From an uncultured Candidatus Rokubacteria bacterium (GTDB taxonomy: Bacteria > Methylomirabilota > Methylomirabilia > Rokubacteriales > DASRDR01): a stretch of DNA of 64,000 nt. The stretch covers positions 1-64,000 of the forward strand of contig CAVPSB010000003.1 of assembly GCA_963708025.1 (NCBI GenBank), in the 5' to 3' direction. The notes under the pieces are model-generated. The model saw only the letters and a program-made list of their open reading frames with translations. It did no database searches and had not been told where the DNA came from. Shown here in pieces: positions 20,677-30,400 of the stretch; the first letter of the stretch is position 1, and each line of letters opens with the position of its first letter. The translations under genes and the position numbers were made by a program.

Positions 20677-21521
20677 GACCCCGCGTCCCCGGACCGTGGG
20701 GGCTGGGCGGGCGTCGGCGGCTGCCCACCCGGGGTGCCCTGCGGGACTCGGAGCGGTGGCCGGCCGGGGATGAAGCCGGGAAGGCCCGGGCGCGTCGGAG
20801 GCAGCCTGGGCGGCGTGGAGCCGGGAACGCCGACCGTGGGCCCCTGGCCCGGGAACGTCGGGAGTACTCCCGGCGCGACTGGTGGCGCCCCTTCGACGTC
20901 GGTGGGGGCGCCCGGGACCTGGGGCCCGCCTGGCGGGAAGCCGGGAACCTGACCGGGGAACTGGCCGGGCCCGGCGGCCGGCGGCACGGCCGCCGGGGGC
21001 GCCGGCGGCCTCGGCTTGCTCGGATCGCGCAGGAGCACCTCGAACGTCTCGGCGCTCCGCCGCAGAAGAACGCGATCAGGGCCGATCTGCTCGACCCGGC
21101 TCTCCGCCACCGAGTCGCCCACCTTGTAGCCGAACACCTTCTTGCTCTGCGGGTCCCAGAGGTACGCGCGCGCGCCGCCTTCGGTGCCGATGACGACGCC
21201 GTAGAGGCGCGGCTTCTCGACGGGGCGGGGGGGGATCAGCGGGGCTGCCGCCGTCGTCGGCTTCGGGGGTTCCGGCACCACCTCGGCCCGCGTGGGGCTG
21301 AAGAGGTTGCGGTCGGCGATGACCCCGAACGCCGCCGGGGGCGTGGCCGGGGATCGCGGCGAACCGGCGGGCGCCTCGGGGGCGGCCACGACGGGTGCGG
21401 GGGCGGCCGGCGCGGCGGCGGCCGCCGGGGCGGCCGCCCAGATCTGGTAGAGGTGGACACCGAGCGCCCCCGCGGCCACCACCAGGACCACGTCGAGGAC
21501 GAGGAGCAAGCGCTTCAGCAT
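20673..21521 (-). CDS. gspC: GspC-like protein (TM + HR domain + Pro-rich tail)
   Basis: N-terminal TM, IADRNLFSPTR, PRLYGVVIG...YKVGDSV..RVEQIGPDRVLL; directly upstream of gspD. Confidence 0.75.
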   Translation of the reverse strand: MLKRLLLVLDVVLVVAAGALGVHLYQIWAAAPAAAAAPAAPAPVVAAPEAPAGSPRSPATPPAAFGVIADRNLFSPTRAEVVPEPPKPTTAAAPLIPPRPVEKPRLYGVVIGTEGGARAYLWDPQSKKVFGYKVGDSVAESRVEQIGPDRVLLRRSAETFEVLLRDPSKPRPPAPPAAVPPAAGPGQFPGQVPGFPPGGPQVPGAPTDVEGAPPVAPGVLPTFPGQGPTVGVPGSTPPRLPPTRPGLPGFIPGRPPLRVPQGTPGGQPPTPAQPPRSGDAGS

Positions 21522-21575
21522 GTTGACGATCGCTCGCGCTTCTGGGCCTGCCCGGACGGCGTCACCACCGCCCGG

Positions 21576-22184
21576 CTACGCTCCCGGCGCTCGCTTGGAG
21601 TCCCCTCGGCCACGCTGCTCGAGATCACCACCGCTGGTAGCAATGTAACCGGTTACCGCGAGAGTCGCCAAGAGTTCTCGCGGCGCCGCGACCGAGACAA
21701 CCCGGAGCTTGAAGTCCTGGATGCTAACCTGGACGGGGACGACCTCGAGGCGCTGGAGGAACTGGACCATGGACCGGATGGGGCCCGACAGGGTGACCTC
21801 CACCGGGACCTCGATGTAGGCGCCCCGCTCGACCACCGGCAGAATGCGCTCGCTCCGGACCTCCACCCCGGTGTCCTGGGCCGTGGTCTTCACCAGCTTC
21901 TGCAGCTCGGAGGCGGCCAGCGGCGGCTTGTCGCCAGGCAGGAGGCGACCCCGCCGCTGGGCGACCTCGCCCTGCAGCCCCTCCCGCTCCTGGGCGTACC
22001 GATCGCGCCGGGCCACCAGGCGCTGCTGTCTGGCCAGGAGCTCCTCCCGCCCGGTGATCAAGGTCTGGACCCGCTCGTGGCGGTCCTGCAGCGGCTCGAC
22101 CACGTACATGTAGCCGAGCACGCCGGCGGCGACGACGGCGCCGATCACCAGGAGGCGACGCTCCCGACCCTGAAGGGTAGCCAC
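21576..22184 (-). CDS. gspM: Type II secretion protein GspM
   Basis: LQGRERRLLVIG + TM + coiled coil + ferredoxin-like region (FLQRLE); between gspL and gspC. Confidence 0.8.
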   Translation of the reverse strand: MATLQGRERRLLVIGAVVAAGVLGYMYVVEPLQDRHERVQTLITGREELLARQQRLVARRDRYAQEREGLQGEVAQRRGRLLPGDKPPLAASELQKLVKTTAQDTGVEVRSERILPVVERGAYIEVPVEVTLSGPIRSMVQFLQRLEVVPVQVSIQDFKLRVVSVAAPRELLATLAVTGYIATSGGDLEQRGRGDSKRAPGA

Positions 22185-22186
22185 GC

Positions 22187-23629
22187 TCAGCGCCCTCTCG
22201 GCGCCCGGAGCGGGGGGGCCCCGGCGGCCGGCGGGGTCGACGCGAGAGGCGCCCCGCCCGGGCGGCCGCTCTCGGCCGGGGCCGGCGGCCGCTCCCAGCC
22301 GGCCTTGAGCCGGAACTGCTCCCGGTCGCGACCCTTCGTCACCGGCGAGGTGAACTCGACGCGATCGAAGGTCGGGGAGGCCTCCAGGATCGGGATGAGC
22401 TGGGCCGCCGCGTTGGCGAAGCCGGCCAGCTCGAGCCCCTTCTTGTCCAGCGACAGGTTCGTGAGCCAGACGTCCTGGGGGAGCAGCTCGGTGAGCTCGC
22501 GGAGCAGGGGGAGGGCCCGCACGTGTTGCGCCTCGAAGCTGCGAAGCGTCTCGACCTCGCGCCGGGCTCGCTCCGCCGCGCCGGCTACCTGCTCGACCTC
22601 GCGCACCTGGGGCGCGAGCCGGGCCAGCGCCGCGTTGAGGGCATCCAGACGGCGCTCGTCGCGGATCATCGTGACGGCGGGAATCGCCAGGGCCAGGAGC
22701 AGGGTGGCGGCGGCCAGACCCGCGGTCACCGCCACCCGCCACGGGAACGGGCGCGGCCGCAGGTCGTCGGGCATCAGGTTGGTGCGCATCTCTCCGTGAG
22801 CCGGACGGCGGACCGCCATGGCCAGGGCGGGTAGCAGGCGCGCGTCGTCCGGGATGCCCGAGACGCCGGCCGGGGCGGCGATCGAGGTATGGAGGGGCAG
22901 CTCGGCCCAGTCGGTCCCGGCGACGGCGGCGGCCCCCAGCGCCGTCACGTCGGTCACCGCCTCCCGGTCTTCGGGGCGCAGGGAGTCGAGACTCCGCCTC
23001 AGCTCCTCCGTGAGCGCGTGGCCCCGCTCCCTGCCGTTCGGAGGCAGCGGGAACACGCGGCTGAGCACCGGGCGGCCATTCCGGACGACGGCCAGCTCGG
23101 CCTCGGCCTCCTCCACCTGGATGACGACGGCACCCTCGCCGCCGCGGCCCCCCTCGCCGACGGCCAGGCGCGCGAGGTTGTGGATGGCGACGTCGACGAG
23201 CCGGGGCACGAGGCCGGCGTCGCGGAGGAGCTGGTTGACCCGCTCGACCATCCGTCGCTCGACGGCGATCAGCAGCACGCGGACCGGCCGGTCCGGCCTG
23301 GCGTCCAGCACGTGGAAATCGAACAGGGCGTCACCGGCCGGGAAGGGAAGGTGCCGCTCGAGCTCGAAGCCGACCATCCGGCGGAGGTCGGCGCCGGCGA
23401 CGGCCGGCAGCTCGATCGCCTTGACGACGGCGCGGCGGCGCGGGATGCCGACGTGGACCCGCCGCGTGCGGACGCCCAGCTCCCGGAGCTTGGCCCGGAG
23501 CGCCACGGCGATCTCGTCTCCCATGCCCAGGCTGAAGCTGGAGAGCACCCGGGCGCTCCGGAGCCGGCATCGCACCACGACGCCGTCGATCCGATCCTCG
23601 TGGAGCGCGAGGCCGATGACGTCACTCAT
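22187..23629 (-). CDS. gspL: GspL (PilM/PilN-like) assembly platform protein
   Basis: Actin-like N-domain (FELERHLPF), NLMP motif, TM, ELTELLPQDVWLTNL. Confidence 0.8.
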   Translation of the reverse strand: MSDVIGLALHEDRIDGVVVRCRLRSARVLSSFSLGMGDEIAVALRAKLRELGVRTRRVHVGIPRRRAVVKAIELPAVAGADLRRMVGFELERHLPFPAGDALFDFHVLDARPDRPVRVLLIAVERRMVERVNQLLRDAGLVPRLVDVAIHNLARLAVGEGGRGGEGAVVIQVEEAEAELAVVRNGRPVLSRVFPLPPNGRERGHALTEELRRSLDSLRPEDREAVTDVTALGAAAVAGTDWAELPLHTSIAAPAGVSGIPDDARLLPALAMAVRRPAHGEMRTNLMPDDLRPRPFPWRVAVTAGLAAATLLLALAIPAVTMIRDERRLDALNAALARLAPQVREVEQVAGAAERARREVETLRSFEAQHVRALPLLRELTELLPQDVWLTNLSLDKKGLELAGFANAAAQLIPILEASPTFDRVEFTSPVTKGRDREQFRLKAGWERPPAPAESGRPGGAPLASTPPAAGAPPLRAPRGR

Positions 23630-24581
23630 GGGGGGACGCCTCGTCCTGCATCCACTGCCAGGCCAGGAGCGTGACGCGGGGTGCGCTGCCCGCTCCTGCC
23701 TGGGTCGAGACGATGGCCCGGAGCGTCCGGCGGCCCTGGCCGATGATCTCGCCGGTCGCCTCGATGCGGAAGACCGACGACTGGAAGCCCAGGCCGACGC
23801 GCGGGAGGTCCGTCGGGATCGGATTGCCGGGGAGATAGGGCCGCCCCACCTTGAGCCGATCGATCTGAGCCGGCTGGAAGTTGAGGGCCCGCAGCACCAC
23901 GTCGCTGACCGTGTTGGCGTTCAGGCGCGTGCTCGACACGGTGAGGTACTCGACCAGTCCGGGGTTCTCCGGCGTCCCGTAGAAGATCCGAGGCGTGACG
24001 CCGCGGACCTGCCGCAGCTCCTCGACGCTGTCGAGCGGAGCGTTCTTCGACTTGTACGGGACGGGAAGGGCGAGGTAGTAGTCGCTTTCCGCGCCGTTCA
24101 GGCGGTGCTCCTCGTTCGGATCGCGCCAGTCCTGGACGGAGTCCAGGATCAGGTCGCGGTTCTCCTTCTCCACTCCCAGCTCCCGGAGCAGGCCCTCGAA
24201 CCGATCGAGGTTGGCGACGTTGATCCGGGCCCCCTCGTCGGTGATCCGGTAGGAGAACCGGCCGGGGCCGAGCGGGATGTCCTCCCGGCTCGGCGGCTTG
24301 ACCACCTCGACCGCCGAGCGCCGCAGGACGAGGAGTCCGGTCTGCTGGTCGAGGTGAACCGCGATCGGATTGACGGCCAGCTCGACCAGTGCACGCTGGT
24401 AACCGGCCTCGGCCAGATGTGCGGCCGCGACGTTGGCGCGGAAGTTGAGGGTCGTGGTGCCTTCCAGGCGCATGGCCGTCGCGAACTCGCCGACGATGGC
24501 CAGGAGGAGCGACAGTACCAGCAGCACGATCACCAGGGCGAGCCCGCGCTCGCCGGTGCCGGGAGCAGGTCGGGTTCCCAT
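23622..24581 (-). CDS. gspK: Minor pseudopilin GspK
   Basis: RG-LALVIVL prepilin site, DEGARINVAN, DWRD...GAESDYY, SVEELRQVRG. Confidence 0.9.
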   Translation of the reverse strand: MGTRPAPGTGERGLALVIVLLVLSLLLAIVGEFATAMRLEGTTTLNFRANVAAAHLAEAGYQRALVELAVNPIAVHLDQQTGLLVLRRSAVEVVKPPSREDIPLGPGRFSYRITDEGARINVANLDRFEGLLRELGVEKENRDLILDSVQDWRDPNEEHRLNGAESDYYLALPVPYKSKNAPLDSVEELRQVRGVTPRIFYGTPENPGLVEYLTVSSTRLNANTVSDVVLRALNFQPAQIDRLKVGRPYLPGNPIPTDLPRVGLGFQSSVFRIEATGEIIGQGRRTLRAIVSTQAGAGSAPRVTLLAWQWMQDEASPHE

Positions 24582-25213
24582 CAGGACGCACCCTTGGCGA
24601 GGGCGAGAGGGACGACGAAGGCGGCCGCCCGCTCGGTGCCGCGGCCGGGCTCCCGCACGGTCAGCTCGACGCGGACCGCGGTGGGGAGGGCGTTGTTGGC
24701 CTTGTCCCAGCGGGATTGCCACGCTCCCTGGTCGTCCCGGTACTCCAGGCGCAGGGCCGAGACGAACCGTGAGAGGACGACGTGCGGCTCGTCGCCGAAG
24801 GGCTCGTCGGCCGGGACCAGTCGCTCGGTGAGGCGCAGCTCCCCTTCGCTGGTGTAGCGGAGGGTGATCGCGTGGAACGGCGCCGCGGGGGCGTCGAGCA
24901 GGAGCGGCGCCGTCGTCGTCACCCAGCGCACCTCGTCGGCTTCGCCCTCGAAGAGCACCATGCGGCTCAGGCCGTCACCCAGTCGCCCCTTGTAGGGAAA
25001 GGCCGTGGCGAGGGCCTCGGTGAGCATCTCGACCATCGCGCGCACTTCCTGGTGCCCGGCGGCGCGGCGCTCCCCCGTCTCCCACGCCCGGACGCCGACC
25101 CGCAGGCTCGCCACCAGGACGACCACGATCACGGCGAGGATGGTGAAGGCGAGCAGGATCTCGAGGAGCGTCATGCCCCGGGCGTCGGCGAGGGGGTCGC
25201 GGCGGCGGCTCAT
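24581..25213 (-). CDS. gspJ: Minor pseudopilin GspJ
   Basis: G-MTLLEILL prepilin motif, W..RW....LPTAVRVEL. Confidence 0.88.
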   Translation of the reverse strand: MSRRRDPLADARGMTLLEILLAFTILAVIVVVLVASLRVGVRAWETGERRAAGHQEVRAMVEMLTEALATAFPYKGRLGDGLSRMVLFEGEADEVRWVTTTAPLLLDAPAAPFHAITLRYTSEGELRLTERLVPADEPFGDEPHVVLSRFVSALRLEYRDDQGAWQSRWDKANNALPTAVRVELTVREPGRGTERAAAFVVPLALAKGAS

Positions 25214-25608
25214 TTCTCGCCCCCCAGCGACCGCAGGGTCACCAGCTCGACGTGCCGGTTCCGGCCCCAGCGGACGTCCACGCTCACCCGCGCCAGCCGG
25301 ATGGGTCCCGGCGTCGCCGCGTCCACCTCCTGGGGGAGGAGCGTCGGATCCGCGGTCACGCGGCGGGTCCAGTGGTACTCGCCCTCGGTCCCCTCGGTCG
25401 TCCCCTCTTCGAGGGGTTCCAGGGTCAGCTCGGAGAGCTTCGCGCTCGCCAGCAGGGTGGCTCCCAGGTGATCGGCCGAGGCGCGGGCCAGGCGAAGGCC
25501 GCCGCCGAAGAGTTCGAGGACGGCGACCACTGCCACCGCCGTCACGACCAGGGCGACCACGGTCTCCATGAGCGTGAACCCGGACTGGCCGCGGCCCGCC
25601 CGTCTCAT
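25210..25608 (-). CDS. gspI: Minor pseudopilin GspI
   Basis: G-FTLMETVVAL motif; position in the operon. Confidence 0.85.
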   Translation of the reverse strand: MRRAGRGQSGFTLMETVVALVVTAVAVVAVLELFGGGLRLARASADHLGATLLASAKLSELTLEPLEEGTTEGTEGEYHWTRRVTADPTLLPQEVDAATPGPIRLARVSVDVRWGRNRHVELVTLRSLGGEK

Positions 25609-26084
25609 GATCGCGTCTTCCGGTCCTCGGGTCCCACCGTCACGCGGCCGGTCAGGGCGTCAACGTCGATGGCGAGCCGGCGGCCGCCACTCGCCTCCAC
25701 CAGCCAGCGGGTCCGGCGGGCCAGTCCACGAGAGGAGAAGCCCACGCTCTCACCGCCGGTCGCGACGGTCACCCGGAGGCCGGCGGGCATCGAAAGCTCG
25801 CGCACCGGGTGCTCGGCATCCCCGGCGATCAACGCGAGGATGTTGCGGCCGCGATCCAGGGTCACCCGGGTGGCGCGTCGCTGGGACACCGCCTTGAGCC
25901 GGGCTTCCCGGAGCAGGGCGGCGACCCGTCCGGTCTCGCTGCGGAGCCGGAGCGCCTCGGTGCCACGGCCGACCGAGGGGAGGACCAGCGCGGTTGCCAC
26001 CGCCAGGATCGCGAGGACGACCACGATCTCGATCAGCGTGAAGCCCGGGCTGCCCCGGCGACCACGCCCCGGCAGCCGGGTCAT
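25605..26084 (-). CDS. gspH: Minor pseudopilin GspH
   Basis: G-FTLIEIVVVL motif; position in the operon. Confidence 0.85.
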   Translation of the reverse strand: MTRLPGRGRRGSPGFTLIEIVVVLAILAVATALVLPSVGRGTEALRLRSETGRVAALLREARLKAVSQRRATRVTLDRGRNILALIAGDAEHPVRELSMPAGLRVTVATGGESVGFSSRGLARRTRWLVEASGGRRLAIDVDALTGRVTVGPEDRKTRS

Positions 26085-26085
26085 T

Positions 26086-26142
26086 GGGGTCCACCCCCAC
26101 CCCCGACCCCTCCCCACCCGCCGGGGGGAGGGGGGGCGCCCC
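26086..26142. repeat. REP-like C-rich/G-rich hairpin between gspG and gspH
   Basis: cccccacccccgacccctccccacccgccggggggaggggggg; resembles the family A core. Confidence 0.55.
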
Positions 26143-26196
26143 GCAGTCCCGACGCGGTACGAGGACGGCGGAACGAGAGGGTTGACACACGCTGCC

Positions 26197-26661
26197 TCAT
26201 CGCTGCTTCCCGTCGCCGCCCCAGCTCGTCACGTCGCCGGACTCGCCATCGCCGCCGGGGGCCTTGTCCGCGCCGTAGGTCCACAGATCGTACTCGCCGT
26301 GGTCACCGGGACTCTTGTACTGGTACGGCTCGCCCCAGGGATCACGCGGGACGTCCTTCTTCAGATAGGGGCCCTCCCAGCCGCCGACGTTGCCGGGGTT
26401 CACCTGGAGGGCCTGCAGCCCTTCCTGGCCGGAGGGGTAGCGGCCGGTGTCCAGCTTGAACTGGTCGAGGGCGGTTCCCAGAAGCTCGATCTGGACGCGG
26501 GCGGCCGCCTGCTTCGACTGACCGACCCGACCGAAAAAGCGGGGACCGACCAGTGCCGCCAGCAGGCCGAGGATGATGACGACGACGAGCAGCTCGATCA
26601 GCGTGAAGCCGCGCTGATCCCGGCGGGTCCGACGACGCCTCGTCACGAAAGTCGGTTTCAT
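26197..26661 (-). CDS. gspG: Major pseudopilin GspG
   Basis: G-FTLIELLVV, ALDQFKLDTGRYP, GPYLKKDVPRDPWG, YGADKAPGG. Confidence 0.96.
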   Translation of the reverse strand: MKPTFVTRRRRTRRDQRGFTLIELLVVVIILGLLAALVGPRFFGRVGQSKQAAARVQIELLGTALDQFKLDTGRYPSGQEGLQALQVNPGNVGGWEGPYLKKDVPRDPWGEPYQYKSPGDHGEYDLWTYGADKAPGGDGESGDVTSWGGDGKQR

Positions 26662-26674
26662 GTCACCCCGCGGG

Positions 26675-27898
26675 CTACAGGGGAAGGTCATTGATGCTCA
26701 GGATCGCCAGCAGTATCGACAGCACGATGCCGAGGACGAGCAACCCGAGGCCCAGGATGATCACCGGCTCGAGCAGCGCGATGAACCGGCGGACCGCGAC
26801 CCGGATTTCGGCCTCGTACGTGGCCGCCACGCGCTCCAGCATGTCTTCGATCCGGCCGGTCTCCTCCCCCACGCGGACCATGTGGATAGCCAGCGCCGGG
26901 AAGTCGCCGGTCTCGGCCATTGGACGGGCCAGACCATCCCCTCTCTTCGCGCCTTCCTGGACGGCGCCCAGGGCCTGGGCGATCACGCGGTTGCCGGCTA
27001 CCTCCCGGGCCACCCCGAGGGCCGCCAGCAGGGGAACGCCGGAGCGCAGCAAGGTGCCGAGAGTACGGGCGAATCGGCCGACCTCGATCTTGCGGAGGAG
27101 GTCACCGAGGGCCGGCAGTCCGAGCATCCAGCGATCGACGCCCAGGCGTCCGGCGTCGGAGCGGGTCACGATCTGCCAGGACAGGAGCGCCGCCAGAGCG
27201 GCCAGGGCCAGCACCCACCAGTAGCTCGTGAGGACGTGGCTGATCCCGAGCAGGATCCGGGTGGGCAGCGGCAGTGCCTGGCCGAGATCGCCGAAGATGA
27301 CGGCGAAGCGGGGCAGCACGAAGGTCATCAGGAAGATCACCGCGCCCACGCCCACCGAGATGAGCAGGGCCGGATAGATCGTGGCCGAGGTCAGGGCCTC
27401 CCGCAGCTCGCGGGTCTGCTCGAGGTGCTCGCCCAGCCGCCGCAGCGCGGCCTCGAGCACCCCGCCCTTCTCGCCCGCCCGGACCGTGTTGATGTAGAGG
27501 CGGGAGAACGGCCGGGGGTGGTGCCGGCTCAGGGCATCGGCCAGGGTGGAGCCGGTCCGGACGCTCTGGGCCACGTCCTGGACGATCTGCCGGAGCCGGG
27601 GGCTGACCGAGAGGTCGGCCAGGATCGTCAGGGCCCGGTCGAGCGGGATGCCGGCGTCGACGAGGGTGGAGAGCTGCTGGGTGAAGGTGAGGAGATCCCG
27701 GGCGGGGACCCGCTGGCTCCCGCCCAGTCCCAGGCTGAGCCCGGCCAGCCGGGGCCGGCCGTCGGCCGCCTCGACGCGGACCGGGAAGTACTCCTCACGA
27801 TGGAGGCGCTCGATGACCGCCTGCGGATCGTGCGCCTCCATGACGCCGTCGATGGTCCGGCCGGCGCGGTCGGCGGCACGGTAGCTGTAGACCGGCAT
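26675..27898 (-). CDS. gspF: Type II secretion inner-membrane protein GspF
   Basis: MPVYSYRA, FTQQLSTLVDAGIPL, AGEKGG, VGEETG, LEPVII. Confidence 0.95.
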   Translation of the reverse strand: MPVYSYRAADRAGRTIDGVMEAHDPQAVIERLHREEYFPVRVEAADGRPRLAGLSLGLGGSQRVPARDLLTFTQQLSTLVDAGIPLDRALTILADLSVSPRLRQIVQDVAQSVRTGSTLADALSRHHPRPFSRLYINTVRAGEKGGVLEAALRRLGEHLEQTRELREALTSATIYPALLISVGVGAVIFLMTFVLPRFAVIFGDLGQALPLPTRILLGISHVLTSYWWVLALAALAALLSWQIVTRSDAGRLGVDRWMLGLPALGDLLRKIEVGRFARTLGTLLRSGVPLLAALGVAREVAGNRVIAQALGAVQEGAKRGDGLARPMAETGDFPALAIHMVRVGEETGRIEDMLERVAATYEAEIRVAVRRFIALLEPVIILGLGLLVLGIVLSILLAILSINDLPL

Positions 27899-27983
27899 CA
27901 ACCGCCAGCCGGGCCGATTCCGCGGGCCTCGGCCGGCACGCTCACTCAGGCTCCCTCCGGTTCGCCAGACGTGTCCGTGCATT

Positions 27984-28107
27984 GCACCGGGCCGAGACCC
28001 GAGCAGCCCTAGGACGCAGGGAGGAGGCGGGCCGAGGCGTATGCCTCATACGTTGAGGCCCGCCGACGACCGAGGACGACGGGATGCGACGGGTCTCGGC
28101 CCGGTGC
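27984..28107. repeat. Palindromic repeat family C, copy 2
   Basis: Perfect 18-bp terminal inverted repeat gcaccgggccgagacccg/cgggtctcggcccggtgc; shares ctaggacgcaggga and gacgaccgaggacgac with the other copies. Confidence 0.85.
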
Positions 28108-28110
28108 CGC

Positions 28111-29826
28111 TCACTCCTCGGACTCCTCGTGGGTGACCCGCTGGACCTCGTCGATCGTGGTGACCCCCGCGCAGCACTTCGCCCAGCCGTCTTGTCGCAG
28201 CGTCTGCATCCCGGCGGCGATCGCTCGCTGACGGATCTCGTGGCCGGGGGACTTCCGCAGGGTCAGGGAGCGGAGCTCCTCGGTCATGGGAAGGAATTCG
28301 TAGATGCCGGTCCGCCCGCGGTAACCGGTGCCGCGGCAGTCGGCGCAGCCCTTGCCGCGGAAGAGGGTGACGCCGCGGGGCAGGGCCTCGATCCCCACCG
28401 TTCGCAGATCCTTGCCCTCCGGTTCGTACGCCAGACGGCAGGCGGCGCAGATGATCCGGACGAGGCGCTGGGCCAGGACGCCCTCGAGGACCGACGAGAC
28501 CAGGAACGGCTCGGCGCCCATGTCGAGGAGGCGGGTGAGGGCGCCCGGCGCGTCGTTCGTGTGGAGCGTGGAGAAGACGAGGTGGCCGGTCAGCGCCGCG
28601 TGAATGCTGATGTCGGCCGTCTCCAGGTCCCGGATCTCACCGACCATGATCACGTCCGGGTCCTGGCGGACGATGTGACGGAGCCCGGACGCGAAGGTCA
28701 GCCCGATCTTGGGCTTCACGTGGATCTGGTTGACGCCTCGGAGCTGGTATTCCACCGGGTCCTCGATCGTGATGATCTTCTTCCCGGGGGAGTTGATCTT
28801 GTCCAGCGCGGCGTAGAGGGTCGTCGTCTTGCCGGACCCCGTGGGCCCGGTGACGAGGAGCATGCCGTGCGGGAGCTGAATCAGGCGCTCGATGTAGCGC
28901 TGGGTCCGGGGGTCGAAGCCGAGCCGCTCGAAGGGCATGAGCACGGTGGCGCGGTCGAGGATCCGCATCACCACGCTCTCGCCGTGGATGGTCGGGATGG
29001 TCGACACGCGGATGTCGAGCTTCCGCCCCTGGAGGTTCATCCGGATCCGACCGTCCTGGGGGAGCCGCCGCTCCGCGATGTTCAGCTCGGCCATGATCTT
29101 GATGCGCGAAGTGACGGCGGCCTTCAGCCGCTTGGGCGGGGTCTCGGCGTCGAACAGCACCCCATCGATCCGGTAGCGGACCCGCAGGTTGTCCTCGAAG
29201 GGCTCGATGTGGATGTCCGAAGCATCCGAGGTGACGGCGTTCTCGATGAGCAGGTTGACCAGGCGGACGACGGGAGCGTCGAAGGCCATGTCGCGCAGCG
29301 AGTTGACGTCCTCGCCGCTGGCCTCCTCGCCGGCCCAGTCGTCGTCACGGATCGTCTCGATGACTTTCTGGACCGCCGTGGTCCCGCTGCCGAAGTAGCG
29401 CTCGATCGCCTCCAGGATGGCGGGCTCGGTGGCGACGGCCAGGCGGACCTCCAGCCCGAGCACCGTGCGCAGCTCGTCAGGGGGCACCGGATCCAGGGGG
29501 TCCGCGCAGGCGATCAGGAGGGTCCCGTTCTCGACCGAGAGCGGGCAGAAGCGGTACTGCCGCATGTAGTGCGGGGAGAGGTTCTTGATGAACGGCGGGC
29601 TCGAGGGGAACTCCTCCCGGCTCACGTAGCCGACCGACAGGCGCCGGGCCAGGGCCTGGGCGATCTCCTCGGGCGTGCAGTACCCCAGGCGAACGATGGC
29701 GTCGGCCAGCCGCTCGCCGGTAGCCCGGTGGCGCTCTTCCGCTCGTGCCAGGTCCGGCTCGGACAGAATGCCGGCGGCCGTCAGCCATTGGCCGAAGGGG
29801 GTGTCCGGGGTCACTGCCATGTTCAA
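28111..29826 (-). CDS. gspE: Type II secretion ATPase GspE
   Basis: ASDIHIEP, RLPQDGR, GPTGSGKTTT, EDPVEY, DPDVIMVGEIRD, HLVFSTLHTN, tetracysteine motif. Confidence 0.96.
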   Translation of the reverse strand: MNMAVTPDTPFGQWLTAAGILSEPDLARAEERHRATGERLADAIVRLGYCTPEEIAQALARRLSVGYVSREEFPSSPPFIKNLSPHYMRQYRFCPLSVENGTLLIACADPLDPVPPDELRTVLGLEVRLAVATEPAILEAIERYFGSGTTAVQKVIETIRDDDWAGEEASGEDVNSLRDMAFDAPVVRLVNLLIENAVTSDASDIHIEPFEDNLRVRYRIDGVLFDAETPPKRLKAAVTSRIKIMAELNIAERRLPQDGRIRMNLQGRKLDIRVSTIPTIHGESVVMRILDRATVLMPFERLGFDPRTQRYIERLIQLPHGMLLVTGPTGSGKTTTLYAALDKINSPGKKIITIEDPVEYQLRGVNQIHVKPKIGLTFASGLRHIVRQDPDVIMVGEIRDLETADISIHAALTGHLVFSTLHTNDAPGALTRLLDMGAEPFLVSSVLEGVLAQRLVRIICAACRLAYEPEGKDLRTVGIEALPRGVTLFRGKGCADCRGTGYRGRTGIYEFLPMTEELRSLTLRKSPGHEIRQRAIAAGMQTLRQDGWAKCCAGVTTIDEVQRVTHEESEE

Positions 29827-29904
29827 TACGTGACGCTGCGGGGGGCAGCCTCAGGCGCCCATACGTTACCGGAGTCTGGTGGGCGGCCGCAAGTAAAGTT
29901 TCCC

Positions 29905-29942
29905 TTGACAGGGGTCTGCGCGCTTTTGCAAGGTATTTGCAA
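29905..29942 (+). promoter_or_regulatory. -35 hexamer plus palindromic Fur/Zur-type operator
   Basis: TTGACA at 29905; TTGCAA-N5-TTGCAA at 29926-29942, ending 2 nt before the regulator ATG. Confidence 0.65.
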
Positions 29943-29944
29943 TC

Positions 29945-30400
29945 ATGTCAACCGGGCTTCTGGGCGAGGTGGACCGGCTCCGGGGGTTGCTGGCCACGGC
30001 CGGACACGCCTGGACCCGCCCCCGGGCGGCCGTCCTCCACGTGCTGGTCGCCGCGCCCACCCCGGTGAAGGTGGAGGAGATCCACGGCCGTCTCGGCCAG
30101 TGGCCGGGCGGTCGCGGCATCAACCTGTCCTCGGTGTATCGTACGGTGAACCTTCTCCACAGCCTCGGCATGGTGTGGCGCGTCCAGCTCGGCGATGGAC
30201 CCCAGCGGTACGAGCTGGCCGAGGACTTCCGTGGCCATCACCATCACTTCGTCTGCGAGGCGTGCGGACGCATCGAGGACGTCCGGCGCTGCCCACTCGA
30301 GGGCGCCGACCTCGGCGCCGGCGTCCGACGGCACCACCTGGAGCTGTTCGGCCTGTGCGGCGACTGCGCGGGCGGGGCGGAGGACCATGTCCGGGTTTGA
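29945..30400 (+). CDS. Fur-family (likely Zur) transcriptional repressor
   Basis: TRPRAAVL, SSVYRTV, HHHHFVCEACG, C-terminal CGDC; coupled to a ZIP transporter. Confidence 0.88.
   Translation: MSTGLLGEVDRLRGLLATAGHAWTRPRAAVLHVLVAAPTPVKVEEIHGRLGQWPGGRGINLSSVYRTVNLLHSLGMVWRVQLGDGPQRYELAEDFRGHHHHFVCEACGRIEDVRRCPLEGADLGAGVRRHHLELFGLCGDCAGGAEDHVRV

Noticed and set aside
20677-20728. ORF-track N-terminus of GspD (start 20728)
   Set aside because: No signal peptide; the alternative frame from 20676 has a lipobox and start/stop coupling with gspC.
17599-29826. Type IV pilus interpretation of the operon
   Set aside because: GspG signature, GspK and GspC present; no PilT retraction ATPase here; T2SS fits better.
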